64,000 nt of DNA, from NCBI GenBank assembly GCA_963810275.1, contig CAWENF010000021.1, positions 128,001-192,000 on the forward strand, given 5' to 3'. The DNA comes from an uncultured archaeon (GTDB lineage Archaea; Thermoproteota; Bathyarchaeia; Bathyarchaeales; Bathycorpusculaceae). This document shows positions 31,285 to 41,501 of the stretch, piece by piece. Within the stretch, counting starts at the first letter, position 1. Every line of letters begins with the position of its first letter. The notes under the pieces were generated by a model, which did no database searches, had not been told where the DNA came from, and saw only the letters and a list, made by a program, of their open reading frames with translations. The position numbers and the translations under genes are program-made.

Positions 31285-32837
31285 TCGGATTCATTGATAT
31301 CGGCACAAACGCCGTACGTCTCTTAGTGGTGCGTATCAACCCTAACTTCAGTTATACGATAATCAGTCAAGAAAAAGAAGTTGTCCGACTGGGTGAAGGG
31401 GAATTCAAAGACAATATCCTAAAAGAGGGCGCAATAGAACGCACTATTTTTGTCTGCCAAAAATTCGCAGAGTTAGCCCACACCTACGGAGCATCGGAAA
31501 TAGTTTCAGTAGGCACCTCAGCCATCAGAGAAGCTGAAAATCAAAAAGAATTTCTAAAACAGGTTAAAGAAAAAACGGGCATAGAAATCAGAGTTATTTC
31601 TGGCCCAGAGGAAGCGCGCCTTATCTGGTTGGGAGTCGCAAGTGGGATAGACATCGGCGACCAAAAAGCTATTTTTATAGATTTAGGCGGCGGCAGCATT
31701 GAAATCGTCATCGCTAATCAGCGACAAAGCTTCTACATGAACAGTCTCAGACTCGGAGCAATCCGATTAACATCGAAGTTCATCGGGGAAGGCTGGACAG
31801 GACCAGTAAAGGCTGAGACTTATAAGAAAATCAAGCAGTACGCTTACAGCAAAATCAATGTGGTTAAACCTCGCATTCTAGAATACGGCATCAGGTTGGC
31901 ATATGGCTCTTCAGGTACGCTGGTAAACTTGGCTGAAGTTTCAAACAAACTTTTCAAAAAAGCAAGTGGCAATGGAGAGCTGGTGCTGTCCAGGAAAAAC
32001 CTCAAAAAACTGGGGACACTGCTATGTTGGATGCCACTTGAGGAAAGACGGAAAATTCCGGCTATTAACTCTGAAAGGGCAGATATAATCATTGCAGGTG
32101 CAGCAGTTATAGAAGCAATTATGGAGCAGTTCGGCTTGGAAGAAATCCATGTGAGTCACCGTGAACTCCGAGACGGCTTGCTGGTGGAGTACCTTTCCAA
32201 CTTTGAAGGATTCAGGGAACTGCAGAAAGCGCCTATGCGAAACCGAAGCGTCCTGCAGCTAGGAAGAACATGCAACTTTGATGAAAAACACGCTGAGATA
32301 GTTTCGGATTTGGCGTTGCAGCTTTTTGATAGTGCAAAACTTGTCGGGCTGCATAATTTAGGTAATAAAGAGCGGGAACTTCTTAAACACTCATCAGCAT
32401 TGCATGATATAGGCGATTTCCTCTCCTTTAGTAATCACCATATGCATTCGCATTACATAATTCGCAACGCTGGACTTCCAGGTTTTGACCGATCAGAAAT
32501 CAAAATAATGGCAAATATTGCACGTTTTCACCGTAAAAAGCTGCCTTCTAAAAAAGCCCTCAAAGCAGAAGGTTTAGAAGATAAAAACAAAGATACCGTT
32601 GCGATTCTAAGTACTTTTCTGCGGTTTGCTGAGAAACTTGATCGTAGTCACACTGGTTTGGTAAAGCAGGTGGAGTTTGTTAAAGTCGCCAAAGAGCAGA
32701 TTCTGCTTAGGTTCTACTCGGATTCGGATTGCAGTCTGGAGCAGTGGAGTATTTTGCAGAACCGCCAAGCCTTCTACGATGCCTTCGGAAAACAGCTTGA
32801 CGCCCAATGCGTCGTAACTGCAGCCCCCCAACAATAA
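31251..32837 (+). CDS. ppx: Exopolyphosphatase Ppx/GppA with C-terminal HD domain
   Basis: IDIGTNAVR, TSAIREA, EEARL, DLGGGSIE, RADII, LRDG, LHDIG. Confidence 0.93.
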   Translation: MEPTDKKGERIVGFIDIGTNAVRLLVVRINPNFSYTIISQEKEVVRLGEGEFKDNILKEGAIERTIFVCQKFAELAHTYGASEIVSVGTSAIREAENQKEFLKQVKEKTGIEIRVISGPEEARLIWLGVASGIDIGDQKAIFIDLGGGSIEIVIANQRQSFYMNSLRLGAIRLTSKFIGEGWTGPVKAETYKKIKQYAYSKINVVKPRILEYGIRLAYGSSGTLVNLAEVSNKLFKKASGNGELVLSRKNLKKLGTLLCWMPLEERRKIPAINSERADIIIAGAAVIEAIMEQFGLEEIHVSHRELRDGLLVEYLSNFEGFRELQKAPMRNRSVLQLGRTCNFDEKHAEIVSDLALQLFDSAKLVGLHNLGNKERELLKHSSALHDIGDFLSFSNHHMHSHYIIRNAGLPGFDRSEIKIMANIARFHRKKLPSKKALKAEGLEDKNKDTVAILSTFLRFAEKLDRSHTGLVKQVEFVKVAKEQILLRFYSDSDCSLEQWSILQNRQAFYDAFGKQLDAQCVVTAAPQQ

Positions 32838-32838
32838 G

Positions 32839-33741
32839 TTACTCTTTTTCCAGTTGCTCCTTAGCTTTAGATAACGCCGCTTTCTGCTCTTGACTCAAAA
32901 CGGGGTACTTGAGTTTGAGCGCTTGAATCTCTGATGCGATAATTTCCGAAACCGAAGCTTGCAAAACCCATTTGCGATCCGCTGGAATAACATACCATGG
33001 GGCCCACTCCGTGCTGGTGTTGTTAAGCATCTCCTCGTAAGCTTCAAGATAGTTCCCCCATTTTTCTCGTTCTGACAAATCGGTGAGGGAAAACTTCCAG
33101 TTTTTTTGTGGGTCGTCAAGGCGCTTCAGGAATCGTTTTTTCTGTTCATTTTTGGAGAGGTGTAAAAAGAATTTTAGTACAACTGTTCCGTTTCGGACGA
33201 GGTGACGTTCAAAGAGGTTAATATCTTCATATCGTTGTGGCCAAAAAGAGGTGCCTTCATCTTTTTGGGGAATTTTTTGTTTGGCAAGAACGTTGGGTCG
33301 AACCTTTACGATTAAGACGTCTTCGTAGTAGGAGCGATTAAAGATGCCTATGCTTCCCCTCTCTGGCAGGGCTTTGTAATATCGCCATAGGAAGTCATGG
33401 TCAAGTTCCTCCTCAGAAGGTGTTTTGAAGCCTTTGACTTGGCAGCCCTGCGGATTTACACCAGACATTACGTGGCGGATGGTGCTATCTTTGCCTGCTG
33501 CATCCATACCCTGCAAAATAATGAGCATCGCATATGAGTCGCTTGCCCACAGTAGGGCCTGTTGTTCAATCAGGGTTTTGCGGTTCTTCTCAAGAATTGC
33601 TAATGCTTCTTGCTTTACAGATTTTTTGCTACTTTTAGTCCATTGGGGGAGCCAATCGGATTTAAATTCTTTTAAGGAAACCGTTTTTCCAGCGGGAACT
33701 TTAAAATCTTCTGCATCCATTGACAAATAAAAACCTCGCAC
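32839..33741 (-). CDS. ppk2: Polyphosphate kinase 2 (class III-like)
   Basis: QGMDAAGKD, FNRSYYEDVL, KFFLHLS, WKFS, APWYVIPAD. Confidence 0.94.
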   Translation of the reverse strand: MRGFYLSMDAEDFKVPAGKTVSLKEFKSDWLPQWTKSSKKSVKQEALAILEKNRKTLIEQQALLWASDSYAMLIILQGMDAAGKDSTIRHVMSGVNPQGCQVKGFKTPSEEELDHDFLWRYYKALPERGSIGIFNRSYYEDVLIVKVRPNVLAKQKIPQKDEGTSFWPQRYEDINLFERHLVRNGTVVLKFFLHLSKNEQKKRFLKRLDDPQKNWKFSLTDLSEREKWGNYLEAYEEMLNNTSTEWAPWYVIPADRKWVLQASVSEIIASEIQALKLKYPVLSQEQKAALSKAKEQLEKE

Positions 33742-33958
33742 AAGCCTGAATAGGAATTGTATCTAATAACGGCTTGGGTAAATCCATTGCTCTGCTTATT
33801 AAAAAATAGCCTCTGTTCACGACAAAATCGAAGGGTCAAAGCTTCGACTTAGATGTTGTTAAGAAGCTGTTGAGGTACTGGAGGGACGTTAATTTTGAAA
33901 CAAAACGGGGTAAGGGCACCACTTCTATTGTGGAGTTGCCTCTGGAACCGTATTTGGT

Positions 33959-34603
33959 TTAGCCTAAAACGATTTTTTCGCCTGTTACTATGTAGACGAT
34001 GGATTCGCATATGTAGACGCCGTGGTCGGCTATGCGTTCGAAGTAGCGTGTTACAAGCATGCTTGATGCGATGCATTTGCTGTCGCCAGTTTCTTGGCTG
34101 ATCAAGCGATTGAGGAATTCAAGGTACATTTTATCAACTTCGCGCTCGGTGGGCGTGATGGTTTTGGCGATAGCAACATCATGTTTACGTAGTGAATCTA
34201 TGCTCGTTTTAACTATAGATAGAACCTTCACGCTCATTTCTTCAAGGTACGATTTAGCCCAAGGATCGCATGCAGTTAACCCATGCAGTTGCTCGTTAAT
34301 TGAAGAGATGTCCAAGGCATATCTGCCGTAACGTGCGAAGTCGTTGGCGATTTTTATGTAGGATTTGATGGCGCGCAAGTCAGACGCGACAGGTTGGAAA
34401 CGGGCTATCAATTCGAAGGTTTTGTCTTCTACTTTATCAGCCATTGCAACAAGCACATCGGACATTTCCCGAACCTGCCCCAGGACGCTTTTGCTCTCCA
34501 AGTATCCGTGTATTGAAAGCGCTAAAACTTCGTAGGTTAAGTCGCCCATTCTTGTAAGTAGCACTGACTGTTCTTCTAATCCGCGATCAATAATTCGACT
34601 CAT
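33959..34603 (-). CDS. phoU: Phosphate transport system regulatory protein PhoU
   Basis: ARFQPVASDLR, ERIADH. Confidence 0.9.
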   Translation of the reverse strand: MSRIIDRGLEEQSVLLTRMGDLTYEVLALSIHGYLESKSVLGQVREMSDVLVAMADKVEDKTFELIARFQPVASDLRAIKSYIKIANDFARYGRYALDISSINEQLHGLTACDPWAKSYLEEMSVKVLSIVKTSIDSLRKHDVAIAKTITPTEREVDKMYLEFLNRLISQETGDSKCIASSMLVTRYFERIADHGVYICESIVYIVTGEKIVLG

Positions 34604-34619
34604 AGCAATCTATTCCACC

Positions 34620-35381
34620 TTAACCGAATTCCCCTGTTATATATTTCTCTGTCATGGGGTTCTTAGGTGACTCAAAAATTTCCTTTGTCGCGCCATATTC
34701 AATAAGAGAGCCCAAATACAGAAAAGCTGTGTAGTCGGAAACTCTTGAAGCTTGCTGCATGTTGTGTGTTACAATGACAACTGTGTAGTTGCGTTTAAGT
34801 TCAACTACAAGTTTCTCAATTTTTGCTGAAGCAATAGGATCAAGTGCAGAGGTAGGTTCATCCATCAAAATGACTTCTGGCTGCAAAGCAATAGCACGTG
34901 CAATACATAAACGCTGTTGCTGCCCACCTGAAATACCGGTTCCAGGCTTTTTTAGGTCATCTTTAACTTCCTCCCAAAGTGAAGCTTGCTCAAGGCTACG
35001 TTTTACAACTTCGTCAAGGTTTTTGCCTTTCTTGGCGCCAGTTAAGCGTAAACCTGCGGCGACGTTATCATAAATAGACATAGTTGGGAAAGGGTTGGGT
35101 TTTTGGAAAACCATGCCGACTCTGCGTCGCACCATAACGGGGTCAATTTCTTTGCCGTAGATATCTTCGCCATCTAGCAGAATTTGTCCATTCATTTTAG
35201 CGTTGGGAACAAGCTCGTGCATACGGTTTAGGGCTCGGATAAAAGTAGATTTTCCGCAGCCAGAGGGACCAATGATAGCTGTAACAGCATTTGCCTGCAT
35301 TGAAAGATTAATATCCTTTAATACCTGCTTTGTGCCAAACCATGCATTCAGGTTTATGCTTTGAATTTTTACGTTTTCCAA
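34620..35381 (-). CDS. pstB: Phosphate ABC transporter ATPase
   Basis: [39 protein letters not shown]. Confidence 0.96.
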   Translation of the reverse strand: MENVKIQSINLNAWFGTKQVLKDINLSMQANAVTAIIGPSGCGKSTFIRALNRMHELVPNAKMNGQILLDGEDIYGKEIDPVMVRRRVGMVFQKPNPFPTMSIYDNVAAGLRLTGAKKGKNLDEVVKRSLEQASLWEEVKDDLKKPGTGISGGQQQRLCIARAIALQPEVILMDEPTSALDPIASAKIEKLVVELKRNYTVVIVTHNMQQASRVSDYTAFLYLGSLIEYGATKEIFESPKNPMTEKYITGEFG

Positions 35382-35387
35382 TTTCTG

Positions 35388-36269
35388 TCACCTTGATAAG
35401 CTACTGAAGCTACTTCTGTTGGCTACCAACCTAACAAATATGTTAAGAGCCAAAACCATTAATATTAACACTAATGCGGCGCCCCAAGCCATTGCTTGAT
35501 CCTCAGCGGAGGGCAATTGCGAATTGAGGAAAATCCTAAGTGGCAAGGCATCCATCGGTGCATCTAGACCATGGAAGAAGTAGCTGCTGCCCAGAATCGT
35601 GAGCAGTATGGGGGCGGTTTCCCCGGCGATTCTTGCGACAGCTAAAAGGGCGCCTGTGATTAAACCGTTTTTTGCGGAGGGGATTGTTATGCTAAGTATC
35701 GTGCGCCACCTGTGAGCACCCAAAGCCATCGAGGCCTCACGTAGGCTGTTGGGCACAAGTTTCATAGATTCCTCAGTTGTTCGTGCAACAATAGGGATTA
35801 GCATAAAAGCTAGAGCGACTGCCCCAGCTAAAGGGGAATAGCCCACCTTTAGAAAGCCTACAACGATTATCAAGTAAGCAGTAATGCCCACTATGATTGA
35901 TGGAAATTGTGTTAGAATGTTATTCGTAGTTCTTAGCCAAGCTGCATAATGGTTATTGCCATACTCGGAGAGGTATACGCCTGTCAATATACCGATTGGA
36001 ATGCCGATAAGACTGGTTAAACCGATAAGAATTATTGAGCCTTGAATAGCAGGTCCGATGCCGCCGTGTAAATAGTCTGCAAATAGAAAGTTTAGGTTAA
36101 TTACAGGTGCTCCTCGAATTATAACTTCGACAAGTATGCTAATCAAGGGCACTACGGCTACAACAACACAGATCAGGCATAGCAAATAGAATAGCCTGTT
36201 TTTGAACTTACGTAAATGGTAGTTATCGAGCTTAAGTCGCTGGAGTAGCTCTGAAAGCTTGTTTGGCAT
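35388..36269 (-). CDS. pstA: Phosphate ABC transporter permease
   Basis: YLSEY, PSIIVG, REASMALGA, ARIAGETAP. Confidence 0.95.
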   Translation of the reverse strand: MPNKLSELLQRLKLDNYHLRKFKNRLFYLLCLICVVVAVVPLISILVEVIIRGAPVINLNFLFADYLHGGIGPAIQGSIILIGLTSLIGIPIGILTGVYLSEYGNNHYAAWLRTTNNILTQFPSIIVGITAYLIIVVGFLKVGYSPLAGAVALAFMLIPIVARTTEESMKLVPNSLREASMALGAHRWRTILSITIPSAKNGLITGALLAVARIAGETAPILLTILGSSYFFHGLDAPMDALPLRIFLNSQLPSAEDQAMAWGAALVLILMVLALNIFVRLVANRSSFSSLSR

Positions 36270-37192
36270 TACTCAACGGCTCCTCCTTTCACTTTTAATA
36301 CCCTCGTCACTGTGAAGTGAGCTATGATGTTTATAATTAGACTGATGACAAGCAAAACTAAGCCTGCAGCGATGTAGGGCGACTTGTCGGCAGATTCTTT
36401 GAAACCATTGGCAATTAATGAAGGCAAGGTTTGACCTGCCTGAAAAAGTGAGGACGGCATAGCGTTGGGTCCAATAGCGTTGCCTATAACCATGGTAACA
36501 GCCATGGTTTCTCCCACTGCCCGGCCTAATCCAAGAATTATGGCTCCGAAAATGCCTGAGCGTCCATAACTGAGAACCCAGTGCCGGATAACTTCCCATT
36601 TTGTGGCGCCAATGCTATAAGCACCTTCCCGAATTGAGTTTGGAACTGCGCTAATTATTTCCCGGGAAACGGAAGCTATTGTGGGTATAATCATTATTGC
36701 TAAGATTACTCCAGCGGTTAGAAAGTCCAAACCGAAGGGTGTATCGCTGAAAAGCGGGATCCACCCCAAATAGGTGTGGAGAGGATTTTCTATATTATCT
36801 AGTATCCAAAAACGCAGTACAAATAAGCCCCAGAGCCCAAAGATAACGCTGGGTACCGCCGCTAACAACTCTACAAGGTAGGAACAAGGAACTCTAACAA
36901 CTTTTGGAGCCATCTCTACTAGGAAAATTGCTATACCCAAGCTTAAGGGCACTCCTATTAGAAGAGCAATACCTGATGTAATGAGGGTTCCAAGGATATA
37001 AGGGAGCACACCGTACAGGTCGAGGTTGGCACTCCAATTTATGCCAGTTATGAAATTAAACCCATACTTAGCTAAGGCGGGTTCTGCACCCGAGAATAAA
37101 ATAAAAGCGTTAAGTAATAATATTAGAAGTGCTGACGCAGCGGTAACAGCTACTATGGCCTTAAATACGTTATCGCCTTTCAGCTTCGCCAT
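36269..37192 (-). CDS. pstC: Phosphate ABC transporter permease
   Basis: ELLAAVPSVIFGLWG, GRAVGETMAV. Confidence 0.95.
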   Translation of the reverse strand: MAKLKGDNVFKAIVAVTAASALLILLLNAFILFSGAEPALAKYGFNFITGINWSANLDLYGVLPYILGTLITSGIALLIGVPLSLGIAIFLVEMAPKVVRVPCSYLVELLAAVPSVIFGLWGLFVLRFWILDNIENPLHTYLGWIPLFSDTPFGLDFLTAGVILAIMIIPTIASVSREIISAVPNSIREGAYSIGATKWEVIRHWVLSYGRSGIFGAIILGLGRAVGETMAVTMVIGNAIGPNAMPSSLFQAGQTLPSLIANGFKESADKSPYIAAGLVLLVISLIINIIAHFTVTRVLKVKGGAVE

Positions 37193-37266
37193 ACGAATCT
37201 TCTCAAATTTGTATATTCAAAAGAAAAAAAGGTTTTGGATGAGATTATGTTTACACCACGGCAATT

Positions 37267-38367
37267 TTAGCTTGTCGGTATGCTTTCGCCGTTGAAAGTT
37301 ATTGAGTTCAGCGTTACTTCGTTGAGTGTCACTAGGTTTGATGGTAAAGCGGCATATTCTAATGGACCTGCAAGGGCTTGACCGTCATGCACAATGTACC
37401 ATAGATATTGGACTAATACTGTTGCTTTGGCCATTGTCATGCCTGGAACATCACCGAGATCTTGGTAGACTAAGATGTATGTTGGAGTCACTATGGGATA
37501 TGCTTGTGCACCATCGGTATTGAGTATGTATACGTCTGCCCAACTTTCACTTCCTGTTGGAAGGTCAGTTGGTAGAGACTGAGCTGCCGCAGTGGTAGAT
37601 TCCAGTGAGGGTAACACAAAGTTACCTGCAGGATTTTGAAGCGCTGCAACTTTCACATTATTTTCAAGTGCATAAGCTAATTCGATGTATCCAATTGAGT
37701 ATTCGGTTTGGTCAATTAATGCTGCAACACCAGAGTTTCCGCTTCCACCAACACCTGTTGGCCATTCAACGGTAGTGCCGGCGCCGACCATTGTGCCCCA
37801 TGGTTCACTTACTATTGAGAGATATTTTGTAAACCAGTCGGTGGTTCCTGAACCTTCAGAGCGGTGTACGACAGCTATTTCATGGTTAGGCATAGTTAAG
37901 TCGGGGTTTAGCGCATTTATTGATGGGTCATTCCAGTTAGTTACGGTTCCTAAGAAAATGTTAGCGACTACTGCGCCGGTGAGTTTTAAGCCTGTATCAA
38001 TGTTTGGAAGGTTGTAAGCTACGGTGATTGCGCCGATTGTTTCAGGGATATGAAGTGAACCGGTTGCTTGGGCTCTTTGTTCGTCAGTTAATGCTGCGTC
38101 GGAACCTGCGAAGTCAACAACTTTGTTTATGAAGTCAGTTCTACCTTGTCCGCTACCGCCGCCTGCATAGTTGATTTCAACATTACTATGCATCGAATTA
38201 TATTCGACAATTGTAGCATCGAGGAATGGTTTTGGGAATGTTGCTCCTGAAGCATTAAGTGTGACTAATTCAGCTGCAGGACTCGAAAGATAAGTATACG
38301 CTAAGACTCCGCCAGCTATTATGGCAATCGCAATTATTGCAACAACAATAGTATATTTAGCATTCAT
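37267..38367 (-). CDS. pstS: Phosphate ABC transporter substrate-binding protein
   Basis: SGATFP, GGGSGQG, DFAGSD, HRSEGSGTT, AYPI; N-terminal TM anchor. Confidence 0.95.
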   Translation of the reverse strand: MNAKYTIVVAIIAIAIIAGGVLAYTYLSSPAAELVTLNASGATFPKPFLDATIVEYNSMHSNVEINYAGGGSGQGRTDFINKVVDFAGSDAALTDEQRAQATGSLHIPETIGAITVAYNLPNIDTGLKLTGAVVANIFLGTVTNWNDPSINALNPDLTMPNHEIAVVHRSEGSGTTDWFTKYLSIVSEPWGTMVGAGTTVEWPTGVGGSGNSGVAALIDQTEYSIGYIELAYALENNVKVAALQNPAGNFVLPSLESTTAAAQSLPTDLPTGSESWADVYILNTDGAQAYPIVTPTYILVYQDLGDVPGMTMAKATVLVQYLWYIVHDGQALAGPLEYAALPSNLVTLNEVTLNSITFNGESIPTS

Positions 38368-38410
38368 ATTTTTAATTCTCCTATTTGTTATCTATGCTCC
38401 TAGGTTGGTT

Positions 38411-38450
38411 ATATAGGAAATCTCCATAAAATATATAGTATTTATAGAAA
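38411..38450. promoter_or_regulatory. Candidate phosphate-regulon operator, copy 1 (pstS/regulator divergent region)
   Basis: aatctccataaaatatatagtatttatagaaa, near-identical to 39917-39950; repeated ATAG units. Confidence 0.5.
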
Positions 38451-38485
38451 CAACTAATATAATAAATATTCATAGAAATATTCAC

Positions 38486-39547
38486 TTGGAGTCAACCGTG
38501 ACAAAAAAACCAGAAAAACAAAACGAAGAACAACGAAAACTACAAGTCACCGGCGGATCAACATTCATACTTTCACTACCCAAGGACTGGGCAACCAAAA
38601 ACGAGCTCAAACGCGGCAGCAGCATGATGGTTAGAGAAGAAGAAGACGGTTCACTCTCCGTCTCACCCACCAGCCTGCCTAAAAAAGAAAAACAAGACGA
38701 AGCATACATCCGTGTTTCACATTCAGACAACCCAGACGCAATTATGCGTACTGCCATCTCGGCCTACCTAAACGGCTACAACATTCTTCACATTCTAGCA
38801 CAAGGACAAAAACCGCTTTCATCTAAACTACGCAATCACCTCAAACATTTCGCCCGTAACTACCTGGTAGGCACGGAAATCGTCATCGACACCCCTACTG
38901 AACTCACGTTGCAAGTGCTCCTGAATTATCCTGAATTAACCGTACAGAATGCACTTAGTCGAATGGCCATTATTGCGTCGTCTATGCATAAGGAAGCCAT
39001 GAGTGCACTTAGCAACCTTGACTACGCCAGCGCCAAAGCAGTCATCGAAACCGATAGGGAAGTCAACCGCTTTGGACTCTACATTGTGCGGCTCCTAAAA
39101 TTGGCAGTTACTAATCAACGCATTGTTAAAGAAATTGGGCTAGGCAACCAAAAAGAGTGCCTAGGACACCGGTTAATTGCTAAATCAGTTGAGAGAACCG
39201 CTGATCACGCAACTAAAATCGCTGAGAATACATTGTTGCTTAAAGAAACGGTTGATGAAGAATTGATGCAGAAAATCGGCGAGTTAAGTGAAATGGCAAA
39301 CTCTATGTTTGAACGAGCAATGGAAGCTCTATTCAAACATGATTTTAGAATCGCCGAAGTGGTTATCGAGAAGCTGAGCCAAACCCATAAACTTGAAAAA
39401 GAAGCAGTTCTTAGGTTGCCAACAGCTAATGTGGAGGAAAGCATCAACTTGAGGTTAATTTTAGAGAGTGTCCGCAGAACCGCAGAATATGCAAGCGACA
39501 TTTCCGAGGTTGTTTTGAACTTAAATGTTGAATCAGTCCTAAGTTAA
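38486..39547 (+). CDS. Archaeal phosphate uptake regulator (AbrB N-terminus + PhoU repeats)
   Basis: RKLQVTGGSTFILSLPKDWA, AYLNGY, ERTADHA, RRTAEY. Confidence 0.92.
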   Translation: MESTVTKKPEKQNEEQRKLQVTGGSTFILSLPKDWATKNELKRGSSMMVREEEDGSLSVSPTSLPKKEKQDEAYIRVSHSDNPDAIMRTAISAYLNGYNILHILAQGQKPLSSKLRNHLKHFARNYLVGTEIVIDTPTELTLQVLLNYPELTVQNALSRMAIIASSMHKEAMSALSNLDYASAKAVIETDREVNRFGLYIVRLLKLAVTNQRIVKEIGLGNQKECLGHRLIAKSVERTADHATKIAENTLLLKETVDEELMQKIGELSEMANSMFERAMEALFKHDFRIAEVVIEKLSQTHKLEKEAVLRLPTANVEESINLRLILESVRRTAEYASDISEVVLNLNVESVLS

Positions 39548-39682
39548 AACAATTTTTTACCTTTTATCTTTAGTTAGAACTTATAATGTAGACTGCGTTG
39601 CAGAGTGTTCAAAAAATCAAAAAATATAAAAAGAGAATTTAAGGCGCCACCTCTTGCAGTACAACCAAAACTTGTTTGCAGC

Positions 39683-39857
39683 TTACTGGAAAGTCTCTAT
39701 GAAGCAAACTACTTCTTGGTTGTTGTAAATACTTGAACTGTCAATTAGGTGTGCTGTGCCATCTGGACAATACACTTTGTCACCTTTTTGTGGCTCTATG
39801 GAAGCGTTTTCCGCATTCTCTTAGTTTAGAGCAACCATCACAATCTCTTGATAGCAT
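39683..39857 (-). CDS. Putative ~57-aa Cys-rich small protein (one frameshift near 39790)
   Basis: MLSRDCDGCSKLRECGKRFHRA/QKGDKVYCPDGTAHLIDSSSIYNNQEVVCFIETFQ; 175 nt = 58 codons + 1; GGAGA RBS-like sequence upstream. Confidence 0.5.
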
Positions 39858-39906
39858 GTTTTCTATCATCTCCACTTTTTTCTAATATGCCTTACGTAAA
39901 ACGCAT

Positions 39907-39950
39907 CTATAGAGATAATCTCAATAAAATACATAGAATATAGATAGAAA
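39907..39950. promoter_or_regulatory. Candidate phosphate-regulon operator, copy 2
   Basis: aatctcaataaaatacatagaatatagatagaaa; 20 of the first 23 nt identical to 38419-38441. Confidence 0.5.
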
Positions 39951-40117
39951 AAAAGCAGATACTCATAAAAATTAACGTAAAATGCACTTTCAACCCCAAT
40001 TCTTTACGCATACGAGAATAAAATAGCAGGCCAACAGGTCAATAAGTAGAAGAGTGAAAAAGCGTCTAACATACCTCAACCTTTAAGAAACTAAATCGCC
40101 ACAACAACCAGACATCA

Positions 40118-40771
40118 ATGCAGCAAAAGTTCAAAGTAAAAGGTATATTTCTGGACTTAGACGGCACTCTTGTTGACTCCAACCCCGCATATATAGAAGC
40201 TGCCAAAATAGCTTTTCGGGCGGTTGGAAAAACGCCTCCTCCAACGGAGGTTCTGCTTGAACTACCCAAACGCGTGGAGCAAAGCCGGTCCATCGAGGAT
40301 ATCACACAGGGAACAACTGACGAGTTTTTGCCCGTTTACTTGGACGCCTACCATGCTATAACTGGCAAAAAAACCAAGCTATTACCTAAAGTAGTAGCTA
40401 CATTGGAGGTTTTGTCTAAGAAGGCAAAGCTGGCATTAATTACAATGCGGCATGTGCCAAATGAAGTGCTGCAAAAAGAGCTGGATAGCTATGGTATATC
40501 CAAATACTTTACTCACATCGTGACCGCGTTGGACACGGAAAAACCAAAGCCTGACCCGGAAGCGCTGATTATATGTATTGAAGCTTTGGCTGTGGAAATG
40601 TGTGAATGCGTGATAGTTGGCGACTCCATTAATGATTTGCGGGCAGGTAAAGCTGCTGGAGTAAAGACAGTGGCTTTGCTTTCTGGTTTGTACAGTAAAG
40701 AAGAGCTGGAGCAGGAAAACCCAGATTTGGTTTTGGCAGATGTTAGCTCTCTGCTGGATGTCATAGCGTAA
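40118..40771 (+). CDS. HAD-superfamily hydrolase (phosphoglycolate phosphatase/PpaX-like)
   Basis: DLDGTLVDS, KPKPDP, VGDSIND. Confidence 0.88.
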   Translation: MQQKFKVKGIFLDLDGTLVDSNPAYIEAAKIAFRAVGKTPPPTEVLLELPKRVEQSRSIEDITQGTTDEFLPVYLDAYHAITGKKTKLLPKVVATLEVLSKKAKLALITMRHVPNEVLQKELDSYGISKYFTHIVTALDTEKPKPDPEALIICIEALAVEMCECVIVGDSINDLRAGKAAGVKTVALLSGLYSKEELEQENPDLVLADVSSLLDVIA

Positions 40772-40889
40772 TGGTTATATCCGTTTTTGAAATATTGCGC
40801 GTTTTTGCCTAATTCAGTTATATTGCTGTGTGAAAATAATGTTTATTAGCCCTTAATCTTAAAGGGTTTATGGAGAAGGCTTCAGCGGA

Positions 40890-41501
40890 ATGAATTACAT
40901 AGAGATGATAATAGGGGAGAAACTGAAGGAAGCGGACCCCGCTTTGGATGTGTCGGCGTCAGATCGCAAAGTCTTGCAGGTCGCCTGCCAGGACTTCACT
41001 AACTATCTAAAATGGCATTGGAACCTAATCGGCAAAGAAACAAACCAATGTGAAGTGGTAGAGAGACTCGACAAATTGTTCAAAGAGGACATAGAAGAGC
41101 TAGAAGAGTTCCTCACGGTTTGGTGCAGCATCTGGTTCAATAAATGGAAACAGCGAGTAAAACTGCTTATCGGCAACCAAAATGCTAACAAATGGAGCAA
41201 AATAGCGAAACCCATCGCCGACGCGGAGCCGATTTGGCGAAAAATCGAGCACAAACAGGAACTTCAAGAAGTTGTGGTTGCCACCTTGATCAAGAATGGG
41301 GAAATATGCGGTACCGAAATCCTCGCTGAGAATCTGCTTAAAATGGAGTTGGGCGAACGGTGCATGCAGTGTCTTGAAGAGAAAGAGCGTGACTTAACGA
41401 TGCTTAATGGTGCTTTGCGTAAAGCCCGCGAGATGGCGAGAAGCCGGGGGCCACTAATTTTTGTTAAAGTGGATAAGGGCTACTACAACGCAGCCGAATA
41501 A
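40890..41501 (+). CDS. Hypothetical protein
   Basis: 203-aa ORF with normal composition, TATA-like and GGAG elements upstream; no recognised motif. Confidence 0.65.
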   Translation: MNYIEMIIGEKLKEADPALDVSASDRKVLQVACQDFTNYLKWHWNLIGKETNQCEVVERLDKLFKEDIEELEEFLTVWCSIWFNKWKQRVKLLIGNQNANKWSKIAKPIADAEPIWRKIEHKQELQEVVVATLIKNGEICGTEILAENLLKMELGERCMQCLEEKERDLTMLNGALRKAREMARSRGPLIFVKVDKGYYNAAE

